A stretch of 45,646 bases of DNA from Deltaproteobacteria bacterium (GCA_019314155.1 JAFCZV010000008.1:1-45646), one strand, 5' to 3'; positions 30,216 to 40,380 are shown, counted from the first letter of the stretch. Translations and numbers: made by a program. The notes: generated by a model from the sequence alone, not told the origin.

Positions 30216-30310
30216 GTTTTTACACCTCTTGAGGCACTAGTTGAACGTCTCGGAATTTCTACAACTATATGAAATCAATAGTCTTTTAATGGCAACCTGT
30301 TTGTGCCATC

Positions 30311-30426
30311 GGAATGGAATACTGGAATGCTGGAATATTGGGGATAAAAGCGGAAAATAAACCATTTAAATTGTAAAAAAACTCCTTCAAACCCATCATT
30401 CCATTACTCCATCATTCCATTATTCC
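30311..30426. repeat. Repeat-armed inverted repeat (8-nt period GGAATnnT)
   Basis: The left arm 30311..30343 (ggaatggaatactggaatgctggaatattgggg) is complementary in register to the right arm 30392..30426 (cccatcattccattactccatcattccattattcc). The right arm overlaps the stop codon of gene 30420..31208. Confidence 0.8.
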
Positions 30427-31208
30427 AATTGGGGCGAAGCCACTAAGTTCAAGATTGGCGATCGGCCGGTTACCTTGTCAAGGGCAACCATACCCTTTCG
30501 TTTGAGGGCGGTTATGTATCGAAAGACCCTTTCTGAGGGAATGGCCAGGTCCCGGGCCAGGTCCTTGACTGACCGGGCACCTTCCTTGAGTCTGGCAAGA
30601 ATTTCCTGGACCTCCATTTCTTCCACTATGATCATATCAATGGCACGGTTAAATTCGTGTTCCGTGAAGATTTCACCGTACTTGTTGCCTGACTCCATAA
30701 ATTCGGTTTGCTTGCCGATGATCCACCGCATCTTTTCGCCGGCCAGCACCGCCTCGGCTGCTTCCAGCTTCTTAAAGATTTCAGGAGCCTGCAGGGTGTC
30801 TCTTCCACCTCCAATAGGTCCTAAACCGCGAATCTTCTCATTAAACTTGGTAACCAGTTCTACAAAGACGGCGGCTTCGCCCGAAGAGCATTGCCGAAAA
30901 GCAAGACGATTTTCATTGACACCAATATATTCGAAAAGTCGGCGAGTCATGTCTATTTTAATCTTGGCCTGGACATTCCCGGTGATATAATGGCAGTCGC
31001 CGAAATGGCACCCCACTACCAAAAGACCGTCAAGTCCTTTTTTGAAGGCCTTGGCTACGGTCGCCGGGTCCATCCGACCGGAACACATGATTCGAACAGT
31101 CTTAATCTCCGGGGTATATTGTAGTCTGGAAACTCCAGCTAAATCAGCGGCGGAGTATCCTCACCATGTACAGCAAAACGCGAGAATTTTGGGAACGAAT
31201 TGGGTCAA
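30420..31208 (-). CDS. mvhD: MvhD-like [2Fe-2S] protein with selenocysteine (TGA 31161..31163) and a C-terminal winged-helix-like domain
   Basis: TTG start at 31208 behind RBS GAGGAGG. The hand-translated N-terminus is [40 protein letters not shown], joined in frame to the ORF-track product MCSGR...VVGCHFGDCHY.... The C-terminal 60 aa (ILARLKEGARSVKDLARDLAIPSERVFRYITALKRKGMV) look like a wHTH. Confidence 0.8.
31122..31141 (-). promoter_or_regulatory. Candidate SECIS hairpin for TGA 31161..31163
   Basis: mRNA UAG(C)CUGGA-GUU-UCCAG(A)CUA, beginning 19 nt 3' of the UGA. Confidence 0.5.
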
Positions 31209-31227
31209 AGGAACCTCCTCAAAAAAA

Positions 31228-31367
31228 TTGTTGATTTATGATTGTTGATTGTCGATTGAAAAAAAAGTACACTTACCGACTTTAATCTACGTTTTTTTCT
31301 TACTTGATTTTCTGCTTTGTGCTGTTCTTCAATAAATCACCAATCATCAATCATACATCATCAATCC
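31228..31367. repeat. Repeat-armed inverted repeat (7-nt period GATTGnT)
   Basis: Arm 31228..31258 (ttgttgatttatgattgttgattgtcgattg) against arm 31330..31367 (caataaatcaccaatcatcaatcatacatcatcaatcc). 25 of 31 positions are complementary and the loop is about 71 nt. The distal arm overlaps the stop codon at 31361. Confidence 0.85.
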
Positions 31368-33046
31368 AAAAACGCGTCAATCTGAGCTTCAAGTTGGTTG
31401 TTTGTATAGGAGTTAATGGTTAAGGCGTGCTGATAGCAGGTAGCTGCGCACACCCCGCACCCCTTGCAGGCCACATCAATCACGTGAACCTTTTTCCCTT
31501 TTTCCGTGTTGCTAATCTCAAGAGCACTATAAGGACAAAGCGCGACGCAAAGGCTGCAGCCCCGGCAGGCGTCTTCATCCGCCAATACAGAAATAATCGG
31601 CTCTACAACAATCGAACCCTTAGACATGGGAATCGAGGCTCGAGATGCCGCACCTAAACCCTGGGCAATCACTTCTCGAATATTGGCCGGAAAACGGGCG
31701 CTGCCGCAAAGGTAGATGCCGTCGGTAGCAAAATCGAGCGGTTTTAACTTAACATGACCTTCCAGAAAAAATCCGTTTTCATCAACCGGCACCCTGAGAA
31801 GCTGAGAACTCACATTGGCATCCTCTTGGGCAACCAGCGGTGTGGAAAGGACCACTATATCCGCAGTCAAAGTCATTTCGCGGCCAAGTAGAGAATGGTA
31901 AACTCGCACCTGATCGGATTCCACCTGGGGAGGCCGGGCAGAATCATAATGGATGTACCGGACTCCCCTGGCTTTGGAATCCCGGAACATCTCTTCGTTT
32001 TCGACACCGTACATCTGCATATCCCGATAGAGAATGGAAACTCCGGCATCCGGGATTTGATCCTTGATCAATATAGCGTTCTTGACGGCTATCTGGCAGC
32101 AGATCCGCGAACAGTAGGGTCTCTCTTGATTGCGACTTCCTACGCACTGGACGATAACAACGTTCTTGACATCTGTATCCAAACCTTCTTTGAGAAGCTG
32201 CTCCATCTCAAGCTGGGTGATAACGCGCCGGCCGTCATAGCCGTAAAGGCCCTCGGGAACAAAGGCACGGCTACCAGTGGCCACTATGATAACCCCAATG
32301 TCAAATTTCTTTTTGCCGGATTCGGTCTCGACCTCGACGTCGAATTTGCCGATAAACCCCTGGACGGCGGTAACGCGTGCCCCGGTGAAGACGGTAATCT
32401 TGTCATGTTGCATGACTTCCCTTATCTTCTCCTCAATCAGCTCACCCGCATCTGTCATGGCGGGTCCAAGCTTATGCAGCCGGTTCAGCATGCCGCCTAA
32501 TCCCTCTTCCTTTTCAACCAGCACCACTTCATATCCACGCCTGGCAAGGGCCGCAGAGGCTGTCAGGCCGGCGATTCCTCCTCCAATAACAAGAGCCCGG
32601 GCACAAACTTCGGACATAATGGACTCCTGGGGTTTTAATAAAGCCGCCTTGGCAACTCCCATACGGATAAGATCCTTTGCTTTGGCGGTTCCATCCACCT
32701 GCTGTTGCATATGCACCCAGGAGCATTGATCGCGGATATTGACCATCTCGAAAAGATAAGGATTCAGCCCGGCCTCTTCACAGGAACTTCGAAAAAGAGG
32801 TTCATGGGTTCTCGGCGTACAGGAAGCAACCACAACGCGATTGAGGTTTTGCTCTTTGATTCCCTTTTTAATTTCGTTAATGCCGCCTTCAGAACACGAA
32901 TAAAGATTCCTCTGTACAAACGTTACATAGGGAATCGTCCGGGTATAATCGTCAAGCGCTTCCATATCCAGATAGCCGGCAATGTTGGATCCGCAATGGC
33001 AAAGAAATACTCCGATCCTGATGTCATTGTCTTTATTCTCAGGCAA
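31361..33046 (-). CDS. HdrA-like flavoprotein (N-terminal Fe-S domain, FAD domain, C-terminal 2x[4Fe-4S] ferredoxin)
   Basis: 561-aa [65 protein letters not shown]...CKGCGVCAATC. The TTG start lies behind RBS AAGGAGAAGG and overlaps the upstream stop by 8 nt. Confidence 0.85.
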   Translation of the reverse strand: MPENKDNDIRIGVFLCHCGSNIAGYLDMEALDDYTRTIPYVTFVQRNLYSCSEGGINEIKKGIKEQNLNRVVVASCTPRTHEPLFRSSCEEAGLNPYLFEMVNIRDQCSWVHMQQQVDGTAKAKDLIRMGVAKAALLKPQESIMSEVCARALVIGGGIAGLTASAALARRGYEVVLVEKEEGLGGMLNRLHKLGPAMTDAGELIEEKIREVMQHDKITVFTGARVTAVQGFIGKFDVEVETESGKKKFDIGVIIVATGSRAFVPEGLYGYDGRRVITQLEMEQLLKEGLDTDVKNVVIVQCVGSRNQERPYCSRICCQIAVKNAILIKDQIPDAGVSILYRDMQMYGVENEEMFRDSKARGVRYIHYDSARPPQVESDQVRVYHSLLGREMTLTADIVVLSTPLVAQEDANVSSQLLRVPVDENGFFLEGHVKLKPLDFATDGIYLCGSARFPANIREVIAQGLGAASRASIPMSKGSIVVEPIISVLADEDACRGCSLCVALCPYSALEISNTEKGKKVHVIDVACKGCGVCAATCYQHALTINSYTNNQLEAQIDAFLD

Positions 33047-34589
33047 CGGCCTTCTCCTTTTCTGACTTTAATTGAATTGCGATTTCAGCGGCACGTTCGG
33101 CAGCGCTTGAAGCCTGGGCCACAGATTCCGGTACATCCATGGGCGACTCTGCACAACCGCAGACAAAAACTCCCGGCACTGTGGTGTCGACCGGAGAGAG
33201 GGGGCTCGTCTTTATGAAGTTGTACTTATCCAGTGCGACTTCAAAAACTTTGGCCAGCTTAATAATTCCCTTGGTTGGCGCACAGGCGGTAGCCAGGATC
33301 ACCATGTCGAAATCCCGGCTTTCCACTTGCCGCTTGTGCGTGTCTTCGTAAATCACGACTGGATTGTTAGCAGGACCCTCCATGATCTCACTGACCCTCC
33401 CGCGGACATAGGAAATGTTCGAGTTGTTGCCGCCTCGTATTTTATACTCTTCAAATCCTTTGCTTACCGCCCGGATATCCATGCCGAAGATGGTGGAGGT
33501 CGTCTCCGGCTCGTGCTCGTGGGCGATTACGGCCTCCTTGATGGAGTGCATGCAGCAGTAACCCGAGCAAAACGGATAAAACCGGAAATCACGGGAACCC
33601 ACGCACTGGACAAAGGCCAGTTTCTTGGCGACGGTAAAGCCCTCGGCCTTCTTTTTCAAGGCTTCCAGGGGTTCCATGATCGCCAGATGGGTAGCATACT
33701 TATCAGCCCACTTCTTGCGGCCCTGTTCGTCCCGGTCGTCCTGATATTGGCCTTGCCGGTATTGATTATAAAATTGAGCGGAAGTTTGGTCATATTTTTT
33801 TTCAAGTTTCTCGAGCGTTCGCTTAGATTTTTTTAAATTCTTTTCAAGTGCTGCAATCTCGGCTTCAACGGCTCGATCCGAGGGACGATCCAGATGTCCT
33901 TCTGTGGGACCGCTGGCGCTCAAGAGTCTTTCGAACTCCATTGCCGTAACCACGTTGGGGATTTCCCGGTACCGGTATTCGGGAATCTGTGACGGATCGA
34001 AAACGTCGTATCCGACGGCAATGATTATGGCACCTACATCGAGGGTTATGATCATGTCTTCCTGATCAAAATTTATGGCGTCGGCCTGACAGGCTTTTTT
34101 ACAGATCCCACATTTTTTGCCTTTAAGCTGACGACAGAAATCAGGGTCAATGGTATGGGTCGAGGGTATGCCCTGGGCAAAGTAGCTGTAAATTGCACTG
34201 CGACTGCCCAGACCTTCATTGAAGGCATCCGATACCTTGGTCGGGCATTTTTCAGCACAGGCGCCGCAGCCGGTACATTTGTCCTCCTCGACATAGCGTT
34301 TTTTCCTACGCACGGTGACATTGAAGTCTCCCGCCAGACCTTCTACCTTCTCGACTTCGCTGTAGGCCAGAAGAGCTATATTAGGATGTCGACCGACATC
34401 CAGCATCTTGGGCGAGAGGATTCAGATGGCACAGTCGTTGGTAGGGAAGGTTTTATCCAGCTGTGCCATCTTGCCGCCGATGCTGGGCAGTTTTTCCACC
34501 AGGTGGACGTTGACACCCATGTCTGCAAGGTCCAGAGATGCCTGGATTCCAGCAATCCCTCCGCCTATAACCAGTACGTCTTGACTCAT
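33039..34589 (-). CDS. hdrA: HdrA-like FAD/Fe-S protein with selenocysteine (TGA 34422..34424)
   Basis: ATG at 34589. Hand translation: [61 protein letters not shown], joined in frame to the ORF-track product MLDVGRHPN.... The TGA falls at the second Cys of the HdrA FPTNDCxxC motif. Confidence 0.88.
34384..34401 (-). promoter_or_regulatory. Candidate SECIS hairpin for TGA 34422..34424
   Basis: mRNA GGAUGUC-GGUC-GACAUCC: a perfect 7-bp stem with a GGUC loop, starting 20 nt 3' of the UGA. Confidence 0.65.
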
Positions 34590-34607
34590 AATCTGTGTCC
34601 TTATTTT

Positions 34608-34740
34608 AAGTGACTAAAGTGAGCTAAAGTTATAAGTGAGCTAAGGTTGTGGAACTCGCCTTCGGCGATGTCAATGTTATAATTAAAATAGATAGAATAC
34701 CTTAACTTTAGGCACTTCAAACCTTAGGCACTTCAAACTT
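34608..34740. repeat. Repeat-armed inverted repeat (about 13-16-nt unit AAGTGAGCTAAAGTT)
   Basis: Arm 34608..34648 (aagtgactaaagtgagctaaagttataagtgagctaaggtt) against arm 34699..34740 (accttaactttaggcacttcaaaccttaggcacttcaaactt). The centre contains a GCC-TTCG-GGC mini-hairpin. Confidence 0.8.
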
Positions 34741-34745
34741 TTCAG

Positions 34746-35873
34746 TTACTCTGTTTTCAGGCAATCGGTAACCAGGTCATACAAATCTGTGATCTCTATT
34801 TCCAGATCAAAAGCTGCTTTTGCACACCGCAAGTGAATCTGGCATTTGGGGCAGGCCGTTACTAAGGTGCCGGCACCGGTGTCGCTTGCTTCACTAAGGC
34901 GTTGCAGCTGGATGTCTTTGGAACAGTTGGAACAGTTCATCCAGCCGGAAGTTCCGCAGCAGACACCGTTTTCTCTGGAACGGGGCATTTCTTTGAGTTC
35001 AATTCCTGGGATAGCTTCCAGAAGTCTGCGGGGTGCATCGTAGACACCTGCCATCCTGCCAAGCCGGCAGGGATCATGATAGGTCACCACTTCTGCTTTG
35101 GATTCCGATAGCTGAATGATACCCGAACTCAGTTTGTCTGCCAGAAAATCAAGAATGTGGACCGGTTCAAAATCGAGCTTTCCAAAATACTTGGGATAAT
35201 AATCTTTAAAGGTATGATACCCTTCCGGGCAGCTGAAAATCACCTGCTTGGCACCTGAAGAACGGATCATATCAAGATTCCAGCGAGCAAGTTGCTTGAA
35301 CGTGTCTTCGTTGCCGTTCCAAAGCGCATCATGGCCGCAACACCGTTCATCATTACTGACCACCGGCTCCACCCCGCAGGCGTTTATAATTTTCAGCACA
35401 TTCCGGGCCCCTTGAATTGATCCGGCATTGATATTCCGAAAAATAACATCAAAATAAGGCCTGCATCCCACAAAATAAAAAACATCGCCCGTTTCTTTGG
35501 TTTTCCCATCCTCGACCCAAAAAGTGCGGTTTTGCTGAACATCCTTGGTCTGGATGGACATAATAGCCTGCAGCATCCCATGGTGAGCCGGAACGCCGTC
35601 AAAACCCAGCAAATGGGCTTCATCACGCATCAGGCGAATGAATTCAGGAAAATTTATGTCGGCCGGACAACGGACACTGCACTGGGCGCAGGTAAGGCAG
35701 CTCCAGATAGTATCGTCTGAAAACTCCTCCAGTTCATAAAGAGAGCGCTCAATAATCTGCCTGGGTGAAAATTCGGGGAAAATCCTGGAAACCGGACAGC
35801 TTCCGGTACATACCCCGCAATCAAGACAGTAATAGGTCTTCGTAGCGTTAACCATTTCTACGATCGTATTCAT
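34746..35873 (-). CDS. HdrD-like Fe-S oxidoreductase (HdrC-type 2x[4Fe-4S] fused to HdrB-type CCG domains)
   Basis: 375-aa ORF: CLDCGVCTGSCP, CLTCAQCSVRCP, then CCG-type motifs (ERCCGHD, HDPC, VCCGTSG, TACPKC). Confidence 0.85.
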   Translation of the reverse strand: MNTIVEMVNATKTYYCLDCGVCTGSCPVSRIFPEFSPRQIIERSLYELEEFSDDTIWSCLTCAQCSVRCPADINFPEFIRLMRDEAHLLGFDGVPAHHGMLQAIMSIQTKDVQQNRTFWVEDGKTKETGDVFYFVGCRPYFDVIFRNINAGSIQGARNVLKIINACGVEPVVSNDERCCGHDALWNGNEDTFKQLARWNLDMIRSSGAKQVIFSCPEGYHTFKDYYPKYFGKLDFEPVHILDFLADKLSSGIIQLSESKAEVVTYHDPCRLGRMAGVYDAPRRLLEAIPGIELKEMPRSRENGVCCGTSGWMNCSNCSKDIQLQRLSEASDTGAGTLVTACPKCQIHLRCAKAAFDLEIEITDLYDLVTDCLKTE

Positions 35874-35975
35874 GCTAACCCCTTTGGTTTTTATTTTGCA
35901 GTCGTTCAGGGTTGCTTTTCTATTGTTAACCTTTACTAACCCCGAACCTTGAACCTTTGAACGGTTATTTTTTTA

Positions 35976-36395
35976 TCAGGCCGCCTTTTTTAAGATGGAT
36001 GGTCCCAAAGATTTAATCTGCTCAGTAAAGTTTCTGGCAACCTCAGCAAAACGCGTTCCTTCTGCCGATGAAATCCATTCCAGGCGCAGTCTCCCAGATT
36101 CAATTCCAAGTATACTGACCAGCTCCTGGGTCATTTGGAACATCTTTTCGGCCTTTATATTACCATCCAGGTAATGGCAGTCGCCCATGTGTCATCCAGC
36201 TACCAGGACACCATCGGCACCCAATTGCAGGGCCTTTAAGATGAAATTGGGGTTCACCCGGCCTGAACACATTACGCGAATGATGCGCATGTTGGACGGA
36301 TATTGAAGACGGCTAACGCCTGCCAGGTCGGCAGCCGAATAGGCACACCAGTTACAGGCAAACGTAATGATCTCTGGATTGAATTCTTCAGCCAT
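35976..36395 (-). CDS. mvhD: MvhD-like [2Fe-2S] protein with selenocysteine (TGA 36192..36194)
   Basis: ORFs 36192..36395 and 35976..36188 are in one frame: ...[23 protein letters not shown]...[21 protein letters not shown].... The TGA replaces the first Cys of the MvhD GCHxGDCHY motif. Confidence 0.85.
36159..36175 (-). promoter_or_regulatory. Candidate SECIS hairpin for TGA 36192..36194
   Basis: mRNA AUUACC-UGGAU-GGUAAU: a perfect 6-bp stem starting 16 nt 3' of the UGA. Confidence 0.55.
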
Positions 36396-36449
36396 TAAGT
36401 AAATCCTCCCGGATCTGGTTGATTCGTTAATTGGTAAAATGGTTAATTG

Positions 36450-39400
36450 TCAATTAAAAGCGGCCTCCACCATCGTTAGCACCTGCTGGTCATCAAAATG
36501 GAAAATAGAAGCCGCACCGGTGGGACAGGCAACAGCACATGAGCCGCATCCCGTACACATGGCCTGGTTTACTTCACAGAGAATACGGTCTTCATGAAAG
36601 TCAATGGCCTGATAAGGGCAGGCCTCCAGACACTGCCGGCATCCCCTGCAGAACTGTGCATTAATATCAGAGACGATGGCATTGCCCAGGACCTTGTCCT
36701 TGGACAGCAGCGTAGCCGCTCGTGAAGCGGCTCCCAGACCTTGAGCTACGGCTTCGTCGACAGGTTTGGGCGCATGGGCCAGGCCGCAGACAAACACCCC
36801 TTTGGTGGCAAAATCTATGGGCTGGAGTTTGACATGGGCTTCCACAAAAAAGCCATCTTCATTCACCGGCACCTTGAACAATTGAGCAATGGGATTTTCC
36901 TGCGGTGCCACAATCGCAGTGGCCAATACCAGCATATCCGGTTTTATCTCGATCTCGCGCTGCAGCACATAGCTGGTGCATCTAACATTAAGACCGTTTT
37001 GATCTTTGGAAACGGTTAAACCTTTGTCAAAGTCATAACGAATAAAGACTACGCCTTTGGCTCGGGCCTCACGGTACAGCTCCTCCCGCAATCCATAGGT
37101 TCGCATATCCCTGTAGATAATGAAGACATCCATCTCGGGTTTTGACTCTTTTAATTTGAGCGCACTTTTGACAGAGTGAGTGCAGCACACCTTGGAGCAG
37201 TACGGCCTTTCTTTGATTCGTGAGCCGACACATTGTATAAAGACCGCCGAATCAGTTTCATTTAGAGGCAAACTATTATCGATAAATTTTCGATCCAATT
37301 CCAAAGCGGTCAGAACACGCGGATCTTCACCGTATAAATATTCATCCGGTTTTAACTCTACAGCACCTGTGGCAATAATCGCCACTCCGTGCTCGATTAC
37401 CTGCTCTTTTCCCGCATTTTCAACGGTGGTTTGAAAATTACCCACAAAGCCGCCCACTTTTTTTACTTGGGTGTTTGTCAGGATATTGATGTTTTGATCG
37501 GATTCTATGTCGCTAATAAGCCTTGTTAGATTTTGCTGAACATCTTCGCCCTGCCAGGTTTCATAAAGGTTCACTGCCTGTCCTCCCAGGGCGTCGTTCT
37601 TTTCAATAAGATGGGTGAGATATCCCTGCTGTGCCAGATTCCTTGCCGCGGTAATTCCGGAAAGACCACCGCCGACAACCAGAGCGGACTGGTTCATTAT
37701 TATCTCCGGATCGGCAAGCGGCTGCAACAAGCTCACTTTGGATACTGCCATGCGTACAAGGTCTATAGCCTTTTCAGTGGCTGCGTCTTTTTCGTTGCTG
37801 TGCACCCAGGAACACTGATTGCGAATATTAGCCATTTCAAAGAGATATTTATTGATCCCCGCATTGAGTACGGTTTCCTGAAAGAGAGGTTCATGGGTAC
37901 GCGGGGTGCAGGCGGCTACAACAACGCGATTTAATTTTTGCTCTTTAATAACCTGGGTTATTTGTTCCTGGGTATCCTGACTGCAGCTGAAGAGATTATC
38001 TTCTACAAAAACTACGTTGGGTAAGGTTTTGGCATATTCGACGACATCCGGAACCTCTAAAAAACCGGCAATATTGGTTCCACAACGACAGACAAACACG
38101 CCTATCCGCGGGTGCTCTCCCCGTACATCTAGCTCTTTAGGGGTTGACTTTGTCCGTATCATAGACCCGCGGGACTCGGCCAGCATACTTTCCACCACGG
38201 CAGCAGAGGCGCTCGATTCGATAACGGACTGGGGAATATCTTTGGGGCTTTCAAAGGTGCCGCATACAAAAATACCGGGTTTTGAAGTCTGAACAGGTTC
38301 AAAACTGCTGGTTAGAGCGTGCTGATATTGATCGAGCTCAATTCCCAGCTTTTGGGCCAGGCCCAGCGCTTCCTTTGACACGCCAAAGCCCACCGACAGG
38401 ACTACGATATCAAACGCTTCTTCAATCCGTCGGCCGGTTTCGTCTGTGTAGCTGATAAGCAGATTGCCCGAATCGCCGTCCGGGTGAATCGTGCTGATTT
38501 TTGATTTGACAAAACGCACGCCCACCTCTTTGGCCCGGTTGTAGTAACGCTCAAAATCTTTACCGAGGGTCCGCATATCAATATAAAATATGGTGGTATC
38601 CAGCTCCCCCTTCTGGTGCTCTTTGGCTATAATAGCCTCTTTTATGGAATAGGTACAGCAGACCGCCGAACAGTAAGGCTGTGACCCAGGGTGCATGTCT
38701 CTGGAACCCACGCATTGAATCCAGGCAATTTTCTGCGGCTCTTTGTGATCGGAAGGTCTTACCAGATGCCCGCTGAAAGGTCCGGTTGCCGCAAGAATGC
38801 GCTCAAATTCCAGGCCGGTAACTATATTCGGTGATTTTTTGTAACCATAGGTGTCGTAAGTACCAGGATCATACACCGAGCAACCGGGGGCTATCAGCAC
38901 CGCACCTGCATTTATGGTTAATTCCTTGGGTTGGTCCTCAAAATTAATAGCGTCAGCAGGACAGAATTTCTCACAGGCCTTACATTTGCCCTTTTTAAAA
39001 TAGATGCAATTTTCATCAATGGCGTACTTTAAAGGCACCGCCTGTTCGTATTTCACATAGATCGACTTGCGTTTGGCTAGACCGGCGTCGAATGCGTTTG
39101 TCACCTTTTTGGGACACTTTTCAGCACAAATACCACAGGCAATACATTTATCCATGTCAACATACCGGGGTTGTTGCAAAACCTTGATTTCAAAATTTCC
39201 TTCCTCCCCGGAAATGCTTTGCACTTCTGTCAGGGTCAAAAGCTCAATGTTAAGATGCCGGCCGACCTCGACCAGTTTAGGTGAGATGATTCACATGGAA
39301 CAGTCATTAGTGGGAAAGGTCTTGTCCAGTTGAGCCATGATACCGCCTATGGAGGAGGATCTTTCCACTAGAAAGACATAAAAACCTGAATCGGCAAGAT

Positions 39401-39470
39401 CCAGAGCAGCCTGCATACCGGCTATCCCCCCACCGACTACCATTACCGAACCTATTTTCTCATTTGACAT
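36450..39470 (-). CDS. hdrA: Large tandem HdrA-HdrA fusion flavoprotein (about 1006 aa) with selenocysteine (TGA 39291..39293)
   Basis: ATG at 39470. Hand translation: [77 protein letters not shown], joined in frame to the 929-aa ORF-track product. The second half repeats the HdrA architecture ([45 protein letters not shown]-terminal [12 protein letters not shown]...[12 protein letters not shown]). Confidence 0.9.
39258..39275 (-). promoter_or_regulatory. Candidate SECIS hairpin for TGA 39291..39293
   Basis: mRNA CUGGUC-GAGGUC-GGCCGG: a 6-bp stem including two G-U pairs, with GGUC in the loop, starting 15 nt 3' of the UGA. Confidence 0.55.
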
Positions 39471-39473
39471 TTT

Positions 39474-40346
39474 CTACTCCTGAATCAAAAAAGATGTAAC
39501 GCCACTGATATCGAGCTGATTCATTCCGATTCCCAAAGTCTTTTCGTCAATTCCCATACTCAGCCCTAAAAGTTGCGGGTAAAGAACAGGGGCAAGCGAG
39601 TCATTCCCGTTTTGAGAGATTATTACTTTTTGTATTGTATCAAATTGCAGATGACAGTACGGACAGGCCGAGCAGAGATAGTCAGCACCGACTTTTTTCC
39701 CGTCTGCTATCTTTCTTTTGGTCAAACTCATGGAAAGATCATCATTTACGCCCAGTACGGGAGCTCCGCAGCATTCCAGTTTGCTGGTCCAATCGACGCT
39801 TTTGGCGCCTGTCACCTCAACCAGCTTATCAAACAGAGTGGGGGCAACCGGATCATCGAATTGGGTGATCTTGCTCGGCCGCAGTGCATGGCAACCGTAA
39901 TGGGTCACGATTTTAAAATCTTTGTATTGTCTGGTTATTTTGCTTTTTAAGGTGTCCAGGCCAACATCATGATACAGCACGGAAAGAAAATGCTTGATCT
40001 TAGGTTTGCCGGCGTAATTCAGGTCTCTTTGAGCCAGCAATCTGTTGACTTCTTCCTGCAAATTCCCTTCTTCCTTCAGTATATGCTCTGCTTCCTTAAG
40101 GCTGCCAAAGCAACATTTGCAAAGGACCATGATATCGAGCCCCGCTTTTTCTGCCAGGGCCAGATTTACGGCAGAAGAAAAAAGAAACGACCTCTGGTCT
40201 GAATTTCGTAAGGGATACCCGCAACAGTTAAATTCGCGGATATCCGTCAGACGTACGTCTATCTGCCTTAAAATTGCCCTGGCAGAAGCTTCATACTGTT
40301 CAACCCGGGCAGGAATATTACAGCCCAAGAACAATGCATATTTCAT
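39474..40346 (-). CDS. hdrB: HdrB-like protein (two CCG domains)
   Basis: 290-aa ORF: FLGCNIP...FNCCGYP, ...HYGCHALRP...LECCGAP. The stop lies 3 nt before the start of the large hdrA. Confidence 0.87.
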   Translation of the reverse strand: MKYALFLGCNIPARVEQYEASARAILRQIDVRLTDIREFNCCGYPLRNSDQRSFLFSSAVNLALAEKAGLDIMVLCKCCFGSLKEAEHILKEEGNLQEEVNRLLAQRDLNYAGKPKIKHFLSVLYHDVGLDTLKSKITRQYKDFKIVTHYGCHALRPSKITQFDDPVAPTLFDKLVEVTGAKSVDWTSKLECCGAPVLGVNDDLSMSLTKRKIADGKKVGADYLCSACPYCHLQFDTIQKVIISQNGNDSLAPVLYPQLLGLSMGIDEKTLGIGMNQLDISGVTSFLIQE

Positions 40347-40380
40347 AATGATATCTTTCTTAATGTAATCGAATAGTTAC

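Noticed and set aside
33039-33046. The 8-nt overlap between the two HdrA-like genes. I considered it a possible frameshift of a gene that is fused in the paralogue 36450..39470.
   Set aside because: The downstream frame has its own strong RBS (AAGGAGAAGG) 7 nt before a TTG start. After its TGA the upstream frame hits TAA one codon later. This looks like a genuine translationally coupled gene pair, not a frameshift or Sec read-through.
30311-36457. The repeat-rich intergenic spacers, considered as degenerate CRISPR arrays.
   Set aside because: The units are 7-16 nt, directly abutting or arranged as inverted arms. There are no unique spacers of 25-40 nt, no cas genes, and every spacer has a different unit.
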